A stretch of DNA of 64,000 bases from Octopus sinensis (lineage: Eukaryota): positions 100,874,001-100,938,000 of the forward strand of contig NC_042997.1 of the NCBI RefSeq assembly GCF_006345805.1, in the 5' to 3' direction. This document shows positions 14,015-26,762 of the stretch, in pieces (within the stretch, counting starts at the first letter, position 1; every line of letters begins with the position of its first letter). A model generated the notes under the pieces. That model was not told the DNA's origin. It made no database searches and saw only the letters and a program-made list of their open reading frames with translations. The position numbers were made by a program, and so were the translations under genes.

Positions 14015-14462
14015 GGCCGTCCACTCGTGACCGAGGAAGACCATTGCCGATCTTCAGGAACATTGTGCGCTCTAGGACTAACTTATATTTTGCATTTGCG
14101 GCTCCGTTGGTGTCTAATGAGCCCTGCTCTTGACAAGCATACACGACTGCAAACATTGCAGACCAAGCTTTCCCCATTCACTATACGAGCCGTGCGCTTT
14201 CGCGCAGCTCGCTTAAGTTCTTCATGCTGGATACGTGCTCTCTCAAAAGTGTTGATCCCCTCCTTAACCTGCTTCTTCCATCTGTGGTGATGACAGGCAT
14301 TGTTCTCCCAGTCAGTGTCCTGCATATCAAAGGCCTTTAACGAGGATTTGACACAGTCCTTAAATCGCAGCCTTGGTTTCTGCCGGAGTCTCCTTCCATT
14401 CACAAGTTCTCCATAGAGCATCTGCTTAGGAATCCTTCTATCCTCCATTCTAATAAAAAAAC
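14015..14462 (-). mobile_element. RTE/BovB-like LINE, 5'-truncated 3' end
   Basis: RMEDRRIPKQMLYGEL..GRR...KPRLRFKD..K and C2H2 finger CNVCSRVCLSRAGLIRHQR. Confidence 0.9.
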
Positions 14463-14489
14463 CATATCTATATATATATATATATACAT

Positions 14490-14524
<35 letters not shown>

Positions 14525-14704
14525 CATGCACAGAGACATTCATATTTATTTACATGCATTTACACATACACGCATATCTCGTACACACATATTATCACAC
14601 ATATGTATATGTACACTTATGCACATACCTGCATATGCACAAATGCATTAATCTGTATTCACATTGACATACAAATCTAAGTATACATATATATACACAC
14701 ACAA

Positions 14705-15504
<800 letters not shown>

Positions 15505-15509
15505 AACTG

Positions 15510-16760
15510 ATGATATAACTGTAAATAAGTTAGGAGTTAGGCTAAAACCAATCTTAACAGTTTTGTAGTTTATTATTTCATTATATCTATTATCAGTGCT
15601 AAAGTATTTATGAATGACTTTAAATATAGATTTAACAATGTTATTTTAAATTTTATTGCATTTAGAATAATGAACCATATTTTATTAGATTTATCAAAGT
15701 GTTTGTTATTTATAGGTATGTTGTAATCCCTTTTAGAATTTTTAGAGCTAATGAAGTATATGGATTAGAAGTGGTGTTGGTATCGGAGTAGATTAATTGA
15801 TTATTCATATTAATTATGTTTATTAATTATGTTTTTATCATTGTAGAAATCCATATAATTGTAAATTGGTTGTTTTTTTATTTATTTATCTTGTATTGGT
15901 TTTTCTATTATTATGATTGGCACAATTATTTTGATTTGAAATGATCTTGGTTTTGTTATCATTGTTAATTCTTTGTTTATATGTAGTTGGGTTACTAGTT
16001 ATATGCTTATTGTTAATTATATTACTAGTTATGGTGGGATTATAAACTTTAACACTTTTTTTTTGCTTATAATTAGTTCTGTTATATTTATTAATGTTGC
16101 TAGGTTGACGGTATTCCATTTTATCCCTATATTCAACGTTTGCTAGAACAATGTGTTAGTGGTTTGCATACATATTAAATATTTCTACATTAAACAACAA
16201 ATAGGTTAATCTCTTACCAATGTTTGAGGCTAGTACATTTTAAATTGATCTTGGATGGTTACTTAGGAAGTTGATATAGCTTAAATTAGAATTAGGTTTT
16301 CTGAAAGGTTCATGCAATCTGGTTGTTAAACTGAAGTTAGCATCTAAGAAGTTAATTGAATTATTTTCCCTCTCGATGGAGATAGAAAGACCATGCCTTT
16401 TGAAAAACATAAAATTTTTTAAGTAGTTCTAATTTTCTATTGGATGCATTTTTTATGATGAAAAGTGCATCATCTCTATACAATCATTACCCAATTTCAG
16501 GAAAGCCATCATGCAGGTCGAATTGTACAAGGTCAGTCATTTGGGTGGAGTCTACGGCACCCATTATGATATCAAAGCAATTAGGAGTATCTTTTCTCGT
16601 CCAGAATTTGTTGTCAAAATTAACTATGGATTTATGGACCGCTAGTATAACGTTAATTCCATTCATGTTAAGGTTAGTATATTTCCTCGCAAAAAGAAGG
16701 GCATTATTTAGTAATGGGGTTGATAGAGGAACGTACGCATGTGTGGGAAACTATTAGTAG
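15510..16760 (-). mobile_element. Degenerate AT-rich Penelope-like element RT
   Basis: Minus strand FDIIMGAVDSTQMTDLV, LYRDDALF, INFLDANF, PFRKPNSNLSYINFLSNHP, KYFSTDNRYNEIINYKTVKIGFS. Confidence 0.8.
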
Positions 16761-17182
16761 CACAATGAGTACATATAGTTGAAACATTTAGTAATATATA
16801 TATATATAAATAATAAATTATATATATATATAATTTATTATTTACACACATATATATTATATATATAATATATATTATATATATATATATTATCTATCTA
16901 TATGTCTGTCTGTCTGTCTCTCTGTCTGTCTGGCCCCCTCTCTCTCCCCCTATCTATTTATCTAGAGCAACTGCCTTCAAAGACTCACATTATCATTCAA
17001 TGCACGAAATGAGGAGTAGATGGACAGCCGACAACTGATAAAGGGTCGTTCTTTATACTACTTGTCCTGTTTTCCATTTGTTTCTCTCGTTGTTTATGTA
17101 TTCAACTCTTTTGTTTTCGTATTTCATGTTGTTTACGGTTTGTGACGTCCTGTACCCATGCATGCATATATATATATATGTA

Positions 17183-17214
<32 letters not shown>

Positions 17215-17339
17215 CATATACACACACATATATATATGCATATATATGTATATATATATATATGATAAGTGTAGGTGGCATACGAGTGGGTATATATTTA
17301 TAAAAAAGAAGTTAGAAAACGCCATTATATAAGATAAAT

Positions 17340-17700
17340 TTTAATTTTCTTAGAGATTTTACGTTTCGGTTCTTCTTGAAATAACGAACCTTATCAAAAA
17401 TATTTTAAAAAGTTAAGTGTAATAAAAAAGTTCATAATTGTTTTTTACGAGTCTCAACAGAGTCCACGTGGTGGTGTTTTGTGGGGGGAGCATAATGGAT
17501 GTCTTGTGCGTTGACTAGATTCGTTGGCTGTTATTGAGAAAATGACCAGCGCCAAAATAGCAGTAGTAGCAGTGACTGCAATAAGTGCGTGAATTTGAGA
17601 GGGGATTATGTTAAATAAAATCCTAATTAACTGATCCTTCAGTTTTTTACTTTACTCAAACTCAGGACGTTTTCAGCACCCACTCATAGATAACGCTGTT
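17340..17700 (+). promoter_or_regulatory. Candidate internal promoter / alternative first exon (ATG 17542, donor after 17584)
   Basis: 11 CpG in 360 bp versus 4 in the next 1500 bp; E-box CACGTG 17465-17470; aaaATG ACC AGC ... ATA A|gtgcgt gives a phase-1 donor. Confidence 0.4.
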
Positions 17701-18447
17701 CTATCTACTCCTAAACTGACAAGATGGTTACTGCTGGAATGTGTTTGAACATGAAGCTGATTGATCAGCAGTGACCAGGAGGTGACAACAACACAAATGC
17801 TAGTAGAAATCATTTTCAAGGTGAACTATATATTGTGTACAATGAATGACTGCAGGTCCACTGTACTTGCTGGTATAGTCACATGCTTAACTAGTTTGGT
17901 GCACAGTTCTGTCATTTTAATTTCTATCCCAATTTGTGGAATCTCATCTTGAGCCAATCTAAACTTTGAGTGAGCTTTCTGCCATGCAGAAACTGTGAAG
18001 AAGTCTGTTGATAGAATGTAGTTGGCTTAAACATCATTTGGTTTAACTAAGCAGGGATTCTCTAGCAAAGTCCTGCCTGCTCCAGTCATTCAGATCAGGA
18101 TTTTGGTCAGACAGTAATCATGAATTGTGGTTTCTTCTTCTCTTTCTTACCAATCACTGATCCACATCATGTAAAAAAAAGTAAAAAACAAAAAAATTAA
18201 AATCATGTATGCATGCCCTCCCTCCTGAAATTAAGTCATGAAAAATCTGACCATCTCTGAATAAGCTCTTAAATTATACTTTCATCCTCTATCATGAGTC
18301 TTCCCCAATGACTTCAACTACTTTTTTTATTCTGGAGTGACCACTAGATGTTTAAGATTGGTGATCATTGTTCTTTCCTAAGCAATCGCTGGTAATAACA
18401 ACCAATTAATTTCATGGTAGTTGTATTCACATCTATTATAAGAATTA

Positions 18448-18662
18448 AGGCAGTGAGGAGGCAGAATTGTTAGCATGCTGGGGAAAAAAGCTTAGAGATA
18501 TTTTGTCTGTCTTTGTGTTCTGAGCTCAAATTCCGCTGAGGTCAGCTTTGCCTTTCATCTTTTAGGATTAATAAAATATGTACCATTTGAACACTGGGGT
18601 CAATGAAATCGACTTAACCCTTCCCCTGAAACTAGGGACCATGTGTTAAAATTTGAAACCAT
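18448..18662 (+). mobile_element. tRNA-derived SINE, CpG-decayed
   Basis: GGCAGTGAGGAGGCAGAATTGTTAGC...GAGCTCAAATTCC...TTTGCCTTTCATC; same family as 29474-29690. Confidence 0.8.
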
Positions 18663-21169
18663 TATAATAAGAATTATGATTCCAGTTTAAATTGAACTTC
18701 GTGTCTTGTCACTTTTTGGCATCATAATTTTAACCATGAAGCAAATATCTCTACAGAAAACAGTCTTAACTTTTTTTCATTGTGTTCTCAATGATCTGAA
18801 GGAAAGGAACACAAATGTCAGAATTGTCCATTGTCAAATCTGAAAATTTGTTTGACTATTTAATTATTCACACTTACAATGTGCCACTGATACTTATGCT
18901 GTCACCTTGCTGTCATCATGGGAGAATTGGTGCTTATGTTGTAAACATGGAGAAAGTTTTTATTCCAAAGCTGTTACACATCTAAACATCAGTTTTATTT
19001 TATTATTTTTACTATTAATAGGCTCATTTATATGTATGTGTTTATAATTACTCTGTAAACATTTTATAATTATTGTATTGTATTTATAAATATGTTTCTT
19101 TCTTGATTGGATGAACAAAAAATCTAATTAAGGGCACATTAGAGAGAACCTCTACAAGATATACCACTGGAGCTAATGTATTGTTGATTAACTAGCTAAA
19201 AATGATACATGTTGTCTATATATCGCCTGCCCCTGGCCAGATCCTAGCAGTGGATCTTTTCGCGGGCGCTTGTCAGCGTGCATTGGAGCGGTTCAACTTC
19301 TCCAGGCGCCAACGCCGCCTCAACATCTCCCCGGCTGAGCTCTTGGCTCTTCGTTCCCTCCAACGGCGCGCTGACATTATCATCAAACCGGCTGACAAGG
19401 GTGGAGCTGTAGTGGTGTGGGGCGCGGACCTCTATAGGGCCGAGGCTTTCCGCCAACTCATGACACCTCCTTCTATTCCCCTCTGCCCTCTAACCCCACA
19501 CGTAGCTACCAACAGACGGTATCCTCTACTTCCAAGACCTCATCTCGTCCTCCCGTCTCCCCCGCACCGCATCCAACCTAATTGTGCGAACCCCACGTAC
19601 CCCCACCATTTACTTTCTCCCCCCAAATCCACAAACCCAACAACCCTGGCCGCCCCATCGTCTCCGCCTGTAACTGCCCCACGGAGCTCATCTCTAAATA
19701 CCTCGACCGTGTCCTTGCCCCCCTAGTGGCATCTCTTCCCTCCCACATCCACGATACCAACCATGCTCTCCGGCTTTTCAACTCTTTCTCCTTTCCTCCC
19801 GGCTCCTCCAAAATCCTTTTTACTATGGACATCCAAAGCCTCTATACTGTTATCCCTCACCACGAAGGACTGCAGGCCCTTCGACACTTTCTTGACCTCC
19901 GCTCTAACCCTGTACCTGACACCTCCACACTCATTCGTCGGCCGAACTTGTCCTTACTCTGAACTGCTTCTCGTTCGCGGGCGAGTTCTACCATCAGGTC
20001 TCGGGAGTGGCCATGGGAACGCGAATGGGCCCCAACTATGCGAACCTGTTCGTTGGCTATGTTGAGGCCCAAATATTTTCTAATTTCACTGGTCCCACTC
20101 CTGAACTATATGGTCGTTACATTGACGACATTATCGGTGCCACCTCACTCTCCCGCGAACATCTAGATTCCTTCCTCTCTTTCGTCCAATCTTTCCATCC
20201 AGCCCTCCACTTCACTTCCACTATCTCCAACACCTCTGTCTCCTTCCTCGACATTTCGGTTAGCATTCTTCACTCCACTCTTACCACCTCCATTCACTAC
20301 AAACACACAGACTCACACTCATACCTCAACTTCTCTTCCTCCCACCCAGAACACACCAAGCTTTCCATCCCCTATCCCAATTCCTCCGTCTACGTAGGCT
20401 CTGTTTGTGACGACCATGACTTTGAGACTCAGTCTCAACGTATGGCTCACCACTTCACCCTACGTGGATACCCCCTCACCACTATCCACACCGCCCTTGC
20501 CAGAGCACGGTCCGTGGACCGTGTATCTGCTCTCTCTCCCCGAACCCGCCCTGTAGTCTCTCCGCCTCCCTTTTTCCCCCTCCTTACCACCCCACGACCC
20601 TACGTCTCCAACGCACACATTCTTCGAGCTTTCCGTCATCTCCAGTCCGACCCGTCCACTTCACACCTCTTCCCTAACCGACCCCTCCCCTCTTTCAAAC
20701 GAGCCCACAACCTTCGAGACCTTTTGGTCCATAGCTCCTTCCCTGACCCTACCTCCCAACCCGGCTCGTTCCCCTGCTCCCGCCCACGTTGCCGCACTTG
20801 CCCTTACCTCTCCAACACCACCCGCCTCACTAGCACCCACCATCGACCCTATCCCATCATCCACTCCTTCACCTGCACCTCCAGCAATATTATCTATTGC
20901 ATCTCTTGCTCTCTCTGCAATTCCTTGTACATCGGACAAACGGGACGCCGCTTGGCTGACCGGTTGCGCAGAACACCTTCGTGACATCCACCTTGCGAAC
21001 GACACACCGGTCTCACGCCATTTCCGCTCCACCGGTCACTCCTTGCAACACCTATCTGTGTTCGGTTTGTCCTTACACAGAGGCCATCCAGATTCCCGTT
21101 CGCCGTGAACAGGAATTAATCTTCTTCTCTTCGCTCTTATACGCGCCATTTGGTCTCAACTCTCCCCCC

Positions 21170-21845
21170 TCCTCATCTAACCCCCCTCTCCTCCCCCCCC
21201 TCCTCACCTATCCTTTCCCCCCGACCCCTACTTCTTCAGTCCTTCATCCTTTCAGCCCCTACTCCCCTTCCCTTCTTCCTCTTTTCTCTCCTCCCTCCCT
21301 CTTCCCCTTCCCTCTGCTCCCTCTCTCCCCTTCTCTCTCTCTTCCCTCTCCCTCTTTCCTCCTTCATCCCCCTCCTCCCCCATCCTCTCCTCTTCCCCCC
21401 TCTCCTCCCCCTCTTCTTCCCCTCCCCTTCTCCCCCCCTCTTCTTCTCCCCCTCTCCCTCTTCTCCTCACTACACCACATGACTTTACACATCACATCAC
21501 ATATGATGTGCCATACTAATACACAACACCAACTAATACATACTAATACGTACTAATACATACTAGTACATACTAATACATACACCAACCCTATACACAC
21601 ACACGTCCAGACCCCGCATACGCACTTATACTCTCTCATACACACACACACACACTTATACATACCAATACGTACTAATACATACTAATACATACTAATA
21701 CATACACCAACCCCATACATACGCACGTCCAGACCAATCCTACGCCTAATACTCTCTCTCATACACACACACCACACACCCCTTATACATACTAATACAT
21801 ACACCAACCCTATACATACACACATCCAGACCCCCTACGCACTAT
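21170..21845 (+). repeat. ~300-bp almost pure C/T tract followed by ~3 imperfect ~100-120-bp tandem units containing CATACTAATA
   Basis: Read directly. Confidence 0.85.
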
Positions 21846-22015
21846 TAGCTGGTCCCTCAACCCTTTTATCAACCCTATTATCTCCCCTTATTTCGCTCTC
21901 GCGTCTCATGTTGATCCTTGACCTCTGGCCGAAATCAGATCGCCATGTTGATTCGTTAGCTACTGCACGCATTTTTTTTTCTCTCCTTCTTTCTGTGTTT
22001 TTCTCTCTCTGTGTA

Positions 22016-22053
22016 TCTTTCTGTTGAAGAGCGTAGGCTCGAAACGTTAAAGA
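22016..22053 (+). ncRNA. Hammerhead-like motif with variant core CUGUUGA in the 3' region of a PLE
   Basis: UCUUU-CUGUUGA-A-GAGC(guag)GCUC-GAAA-C-GUU-AAAGA; 5-bp stem I. Confidence 0.5.
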
Positions 22054-22247
22054 CTTGTTTTATTTATATTTCCTGAGCGCCATACTAATACAATTGTTCG
22101 TTTGTTTTCCACCTGCCTTCGTCTTTTGTTTATTTTCATAAAGCTTCCCGTTATATAAAACATTGTATTGATCTAGTTTCATTCTTCAGAAAAAAACTAA
22201 ATTTTCCATTGGTGTACATAACTTTCTGCTCTCAATTTATTTGAAAC

Positions 22248-22421
22248 AAATAAATTCATGACATTTGTCAATGAAACAGATCAATATGTTAGAATTAGCT
22301 TTTATATAACATAAAAAAAAGAAATTATCTACAATAAAATTATTTTAGATCATTTCTTTTTTTATGTTATATAATTCTAACATATTGATCTGTTTCATTG
22401 ATGAATGTTATGAATTTATTT
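22248..22421. repeat. AT-rich foldback hairpin, ~77-84-bp arms, 14-nt loop
   Basis: Arms match apart from a few substitutions and a ~7-nt bulge; a related single arm lies near 27125-27170. Confidence 0.85.
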
Positions 22422-22711
22422 CTTCTGAGGATCTTGAACATGAAAATTCATACTCAAGTTTCTCAGAAGAAATAAATTTAGATAACTATATAAACTTTCT
22501 GCTGTTTTAAACATGTATCTGGTAAATTAACAAGGCAAAATCTTTGGTAGAATAAAACAGTATTAAATGGTAAAATTTACTATATTGTATTTTGTCAGTA
22601 TATATTATTACTATTATTGTTTTGTTTCTGCAGCTAAGGGATGCGATTTTTCTTTTGTTGAATCTATGTACAACAATAAATTAAATACAAATTTAATTAT
22701 TTGCAATACAG

Positions 22712-22812
22712 CAACTGATGATGAAGTATCATCATCCCAACGACAGAGATTAAAATCAATAAGTTCTGTACATGACGGAGAGACACATGACGAGGCATCA
22801 GCAGTTGAAGAG
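22712..22812 (+). CDS. ABCB1: ABCB linker exon, 101 nt, (T)TDDEVSSSQRQRLKSISSVHDGETHDEASAVEE
   Basis: ttgcaatacag|CA acceptor, GAG|gtaggg donor; phase 1 in, 0 out; S/R/acidic composition typical of the P-gp linker (RLKSIS resembles a kinase site). Confidence 0.8.
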
Positions 22813-23305
22813 GTAGGGCATATTTTTTAACCACTTCTATTTATGGCTATGATTTCCAAATATTTTTCACATTATATCCATCCCTCTGGATATGGAAACG
22901 ATATCTCACCTCCATTTGATTCAAATTTATTTTCTGGGTGGATGAAAGATCAAAAAGAAGAACCATATTATGTCACAAAGAAAATATTGCACTTTCAGAT
23001 TTGAATAATATTTTTATATATCAAAACTACAATTCACTGCTTTCATTTGCCTTCACATATTCCTCTTCTTGAAAATTTCCCTATCTACTATTGGGAAGAA
23101 GGATATTTGTTAGGTACCACTGAATGTGTTACTCCTTATGGCACACTTATTTTCATGACTTTTATTAACGATTTGTTTTACTGAGAGGAAGACTCATTTG
23201 TTTCCTTGCTCTCTGGTTTTCTGTTTATCAATATGTTAACCCATTTTTTGAAGCCTATTCATTTATGACACTATACTTCACCATTCTGAATTATATTTCC
23301 TGGGA

Positions 23306-23460
23306 TAGGCATAGACATGGCTCTGCAATTAAAAAGTGAAAATAAGAACCATGTGATTTTAGGTTCACTTTTACTGCATGGCACCTTGGGTTAGCTGGTG
23401 TCTTCTGCTAGACTTTATGAGGTGGATTTGGTAGCTGGAAACTTAAAAAAGAGGCCCGTC
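23306..23460 (+). mobile_element. Degenerate SINE 5' part
   Basis: GGTTCAC...TGCATGGCACCTTGGG...GTGTCTTCTGCTA...GGATTTGGTAG, similar to the family at 13584. Confidence 0.55.
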
Positions 23461-23488
23461 CTTCTTTCCTATAAGTGTGTGTGTGTGT

Positions 23489-23529
<41 letters not shown>

Positions 23530-24004
23530 ATTTAGATCAGTACTTGCTTATTCCAAAGTCATGATGTTCAAATGGTGTTTTTGTTGGAACTTCTCCAGTC
23601 ATTAACAAGTCTGTTTGCTTTGTATCTTTGAAGCTATGTTAATTAAGAAATCTCTCACTTGGAAAGAAGTTAAAGGCCAGTATGAAGAAGGGAATCTGAC
23701 TGTATGAGAATGCCTCAATAACATATTCTTCAAATCAATGCAAACATGGGAAATAGGGTGATGACTTTTTCAAGTCGAGTAAGGCCAAAATACCAGAAGG
23801 TGAACTTTATGTTATAATGACAAAAAATCATAATCATTTCTTTCTTTGACACAAAAAACTGATGACAATATATTTGACAACATTTTTGCTACGAACATGT
23901 GTTTATTGTTCAAGTAATAAGACGTACTGTTATGCATTGTTAATGTAATAAGTGAAGCCTAATACAACAGCAGTTTTCAAAGATCCTTGTTGGTTAAAAC
24001 AAAT

Positions 24005-24480
24005 CACAGAGTTAATTTTTCAGAAGATCTGCAATCTAATTCCTCCATTAATTTTACTGCATGTTCAGCACATATGTTTGAACACTGAACATCTTGAATT
24101 ACTGATTCTTTAAGATTCCAATTAACTTTCAAACAGTTGCTTGCTTTAGAATATCCAGAAACTTCTGAAAGTTTCTGGTAGGCCATGCTGTCAAAACTTT
24201 GGTAACAAAACTACATTTCCATCCAGTTTCTGCTGATAAAACAACACATGTTGTAGAATTTTTCTCTACTTTGTGGTAGAAGTATGTATGTGAGGATGGC
24301 CAAGATTGCTTGTGAATTCCAAAGCACATTTAAGTAAATATTGGCAGCTCAATTCCCTGAAAATCCAGCATCATTGAAAGGTATAAGGCATTAGCGAAAG
24401 TTAAAAATCCAGACATGCAAAAAATCAGCTCAGGAACTAGAGAATCTATATAAAAAAAAATTTGATTTTACCATGTATAA
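24005..24480 (-). mobile_element. Possible DNA-transposon-derived fragment
   Basis: Minus ORF ...CSNICAEHAVKLMEE resembles the VNDxAERxVKL transposase-like motif. Confidence 0.3.
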
Positions 24481-26001
24481 CATTAAAGTCTATTGTAAGA
24501 AATGTAAACACTCTGTTGACAAGGTACGATACCTATTTGAAACGACTGAAACCAGGTCAAAATTTTGAAGATTTGTTTGACATTACTAATCAACATGGTA
24601 TCTGGGATTATCTCAACAACAAATAATGTTACTGAAGATGTGAAACAACTTTTACTACTGTATAGATCGTTATTGGCATTTGGTCAGGAAGTAACTTCAG
24701 TCATAAACTCCTTTAACTCTAATAGAATAGAATGAAGCACTAATGCCGAACGTAATGTGAGTTTGACTAAGACAATGCAAGTGTGACGCATTTGAAAATG
24801 GAAATATTAGTTGGTTGGGGAGGTTTTTGAAAGTTTGGAAAAAATGAACTGCTAGTCACTGTTTTCTCATTATTTCTCATAGCAAGTCACTCTGGCCATG
24901 TTGAATTTCAGAGAAAAATTAAAAAAAGACATTACCCTAATTGGGAAAAAATAAAGGAATTAAAATGAATGACAGAATTGTTGAATCAGCTCAACAGGGA
25001 TTTTTCATCTGGAGCTTGCCACATCATGCACCTTCAATACTGGTTTCTTTTTAAAGTCATTGATCGTATTATATCTTAGCCTGAAAACGTTATGATGACT
25101 ATGCCTTTTCCAAAGACATAAGCGATGAACTAGGTGCAGTGTATATATAATCATAAAATAAAAAGTTTTAGGTTTTGGTTAAGGAAAATTTACAGGTTGA
25201 TTGTTATATATATGGACAATATTTTATATATGTTTTACATATATTTACAATTCAAAATGGCCACCCTTTGTTTCCACCATAGCTCTTAATTTTTTCTCAA
25301 CTGTTTTATCACTTCACAATTCTTTAAACTAGCCATTTCCAGTGAATGCTTACAATTTGTTTATGTTTTGTTTGAGCTGCCATACTTACTTAAAAGTAAA
25401 CAATAAAGCAAAAGAATGTTAGGAAGCGTAATACAACATTTGCAGCTATTTTTGCAAATAAGAATATTTCAATTTATGTTTGAATGAATGGAAAATTATT
25501 AAGTTTAAATAATGGGTAAATGTAAATGCCACATCTGGTAAAAAAAATTGTGAGGCGATAAAACAATTAAATGTTTGCAGAATAACTATTTTTAATATGT
25601 AGAAAAAGTTTCCAATGGTACAAATAAAACCAAATCCAATTCGGGAAGAAACTATTCAGTTCATATCAGGAGAATCATTGAAGCCATTGTTAAGAGAGTG
25701 AGCAGAAATCCATGAAGTGATTCTCTCTACAATTTCATCTGAAAACCGAAAAATAAACAACCACATCATCGAAATTTTTAATCTATGAGATAATCGATGA
25801 TTAATTCATGACAATGTGAATAAACATTACATTTGATGGAGTAATTTAAATGTTAAAGAGTTAAACAATAAGTTAGAGTTGTTTACTTTATGTTCTGTGA
25901 AGTTACCTCTTGTTCTACACCAGTTAGCTAGATAATAAGTTAAATCTACTTCATCTTTGAAGTTTAACAATTGTTGCATTTTTTTGTTCTTTTAACTCCA
26001 G

Positions 26002-26148
26002 GAAAAAGATCTCCCTGAAGCGAGTGCAATTCGAATTTTTAAAATGAACTCACCAGAATGGCCTTATATCCTCATGGGGTTGCTTGCTTCTGCAGTAAAT
26101 GGTGCTGTTATACCTGCATTTTCAGTAATTTTTAGTGAATTCATAGGC
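26002..26148 (+). CDS. ABCB1: ABCB exon, TM7 (EKDLPEASAIRIFKMNSPEWPYILMGLLASAVNGAVIPAFSVIFSEFIG)
   Basis: 147 nt, ccag|GAA ... GGC|gtaagt; aligns ungapped by eye to human ABCB1 D689-G737 (LNxPEWPY, NGxxxPAF). Confidence 0.95.
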
Positions 26149-26379
26149 GTAAGTAAAATTGAGTTGATTGATGTTTTAAATCCTTTTCTACAATGGGCAC
26201 AAGGTATAAAATTTTGGGGGCTGGGTCCAATTGATTACATCAACCCCAGTGCTCAACTGATACCCCCCAAAAATGAATTTAGAATGTAAAACAAGAAGAC
26301 ATGTCATGAAGCATTTTGTTTGGTATGAATTTAAAAGTACTAAATTTCTCACAAGACTTACAAACCAAAGTAATTATAA

Positions 26380-26538
26380 GCACAGGCTTGGCTGTCACAT
26401 GGTTTCAGGTTCAATCCCCCTGCATGACATCTTAAGCAAGTCTCTTTTGCCATAGCCCTAGAACTACCAATGCCTTGTCAGCAAATTTGGTACACTGAAA
26501 CTATGTAGAAGGCCTTGTATATATATGTGTGAGTGTGT

Positions 26539-26576
<38 letters not shown>

Positions 26577-26762
26577 CACTATTTGACAACTGGTGTTTAT
26601 GCCCTTGTAATTTAGCAGTTCAATAAAAATGATCAACAGAATAAGTATCAAACTTCAAAAATGAATACCGAGATCAATTTGTTCAATTAAACCCTTCAAG
26701 ACAGTGCTCCAGTATGGCCTCAGTCCAATGACTGAAACAAGTAAAAAATAAAAGGTAAAAGA
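26380..26762 (+). mobile_element. Degenerate SINE (same family as 13584, opposite orientation)
   Basis: GGTTCAATCCC B box, internal (GT)n, tail CAATGACTGAAACAAGTAAAA. Confidence 0.7.

Larger units (their letters stand above)
19223..22155 (+). mobile_element. Young GC-rich Penelope-like element, 5'-truncated, with RT, GIY-YIG and 3' region
   Basis: IIIKPADKGG, PGRPIVS, MDIQSLYTVIPH, MGTRMGPNYANLF, RYIDD, YKHTDSHSYL..SSHP, CSRPRCRTCP, IIYCISCSLCNSLYIGQT; about 4-5 frameshifts; followed by a C/T tract, tandem repeats and a hammerhead-like motif. Membership of 21170-22155 in the element is inferred. Confidence 0.92.

Noticed and set aside
17020-17070. CTGATAAAGGG motif (and the CTGATGAAGAC motif at 28930-28970, minus)
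   Set aside because: No properly paired stem II with GAAA and stem III; too decayed to call.
21480-21845. Repeat-spacer-like array
   Set aside because: Units are imperfect tandem copies with no unique spacers, in eukaryotic context with no cas genes; not CRISPR.
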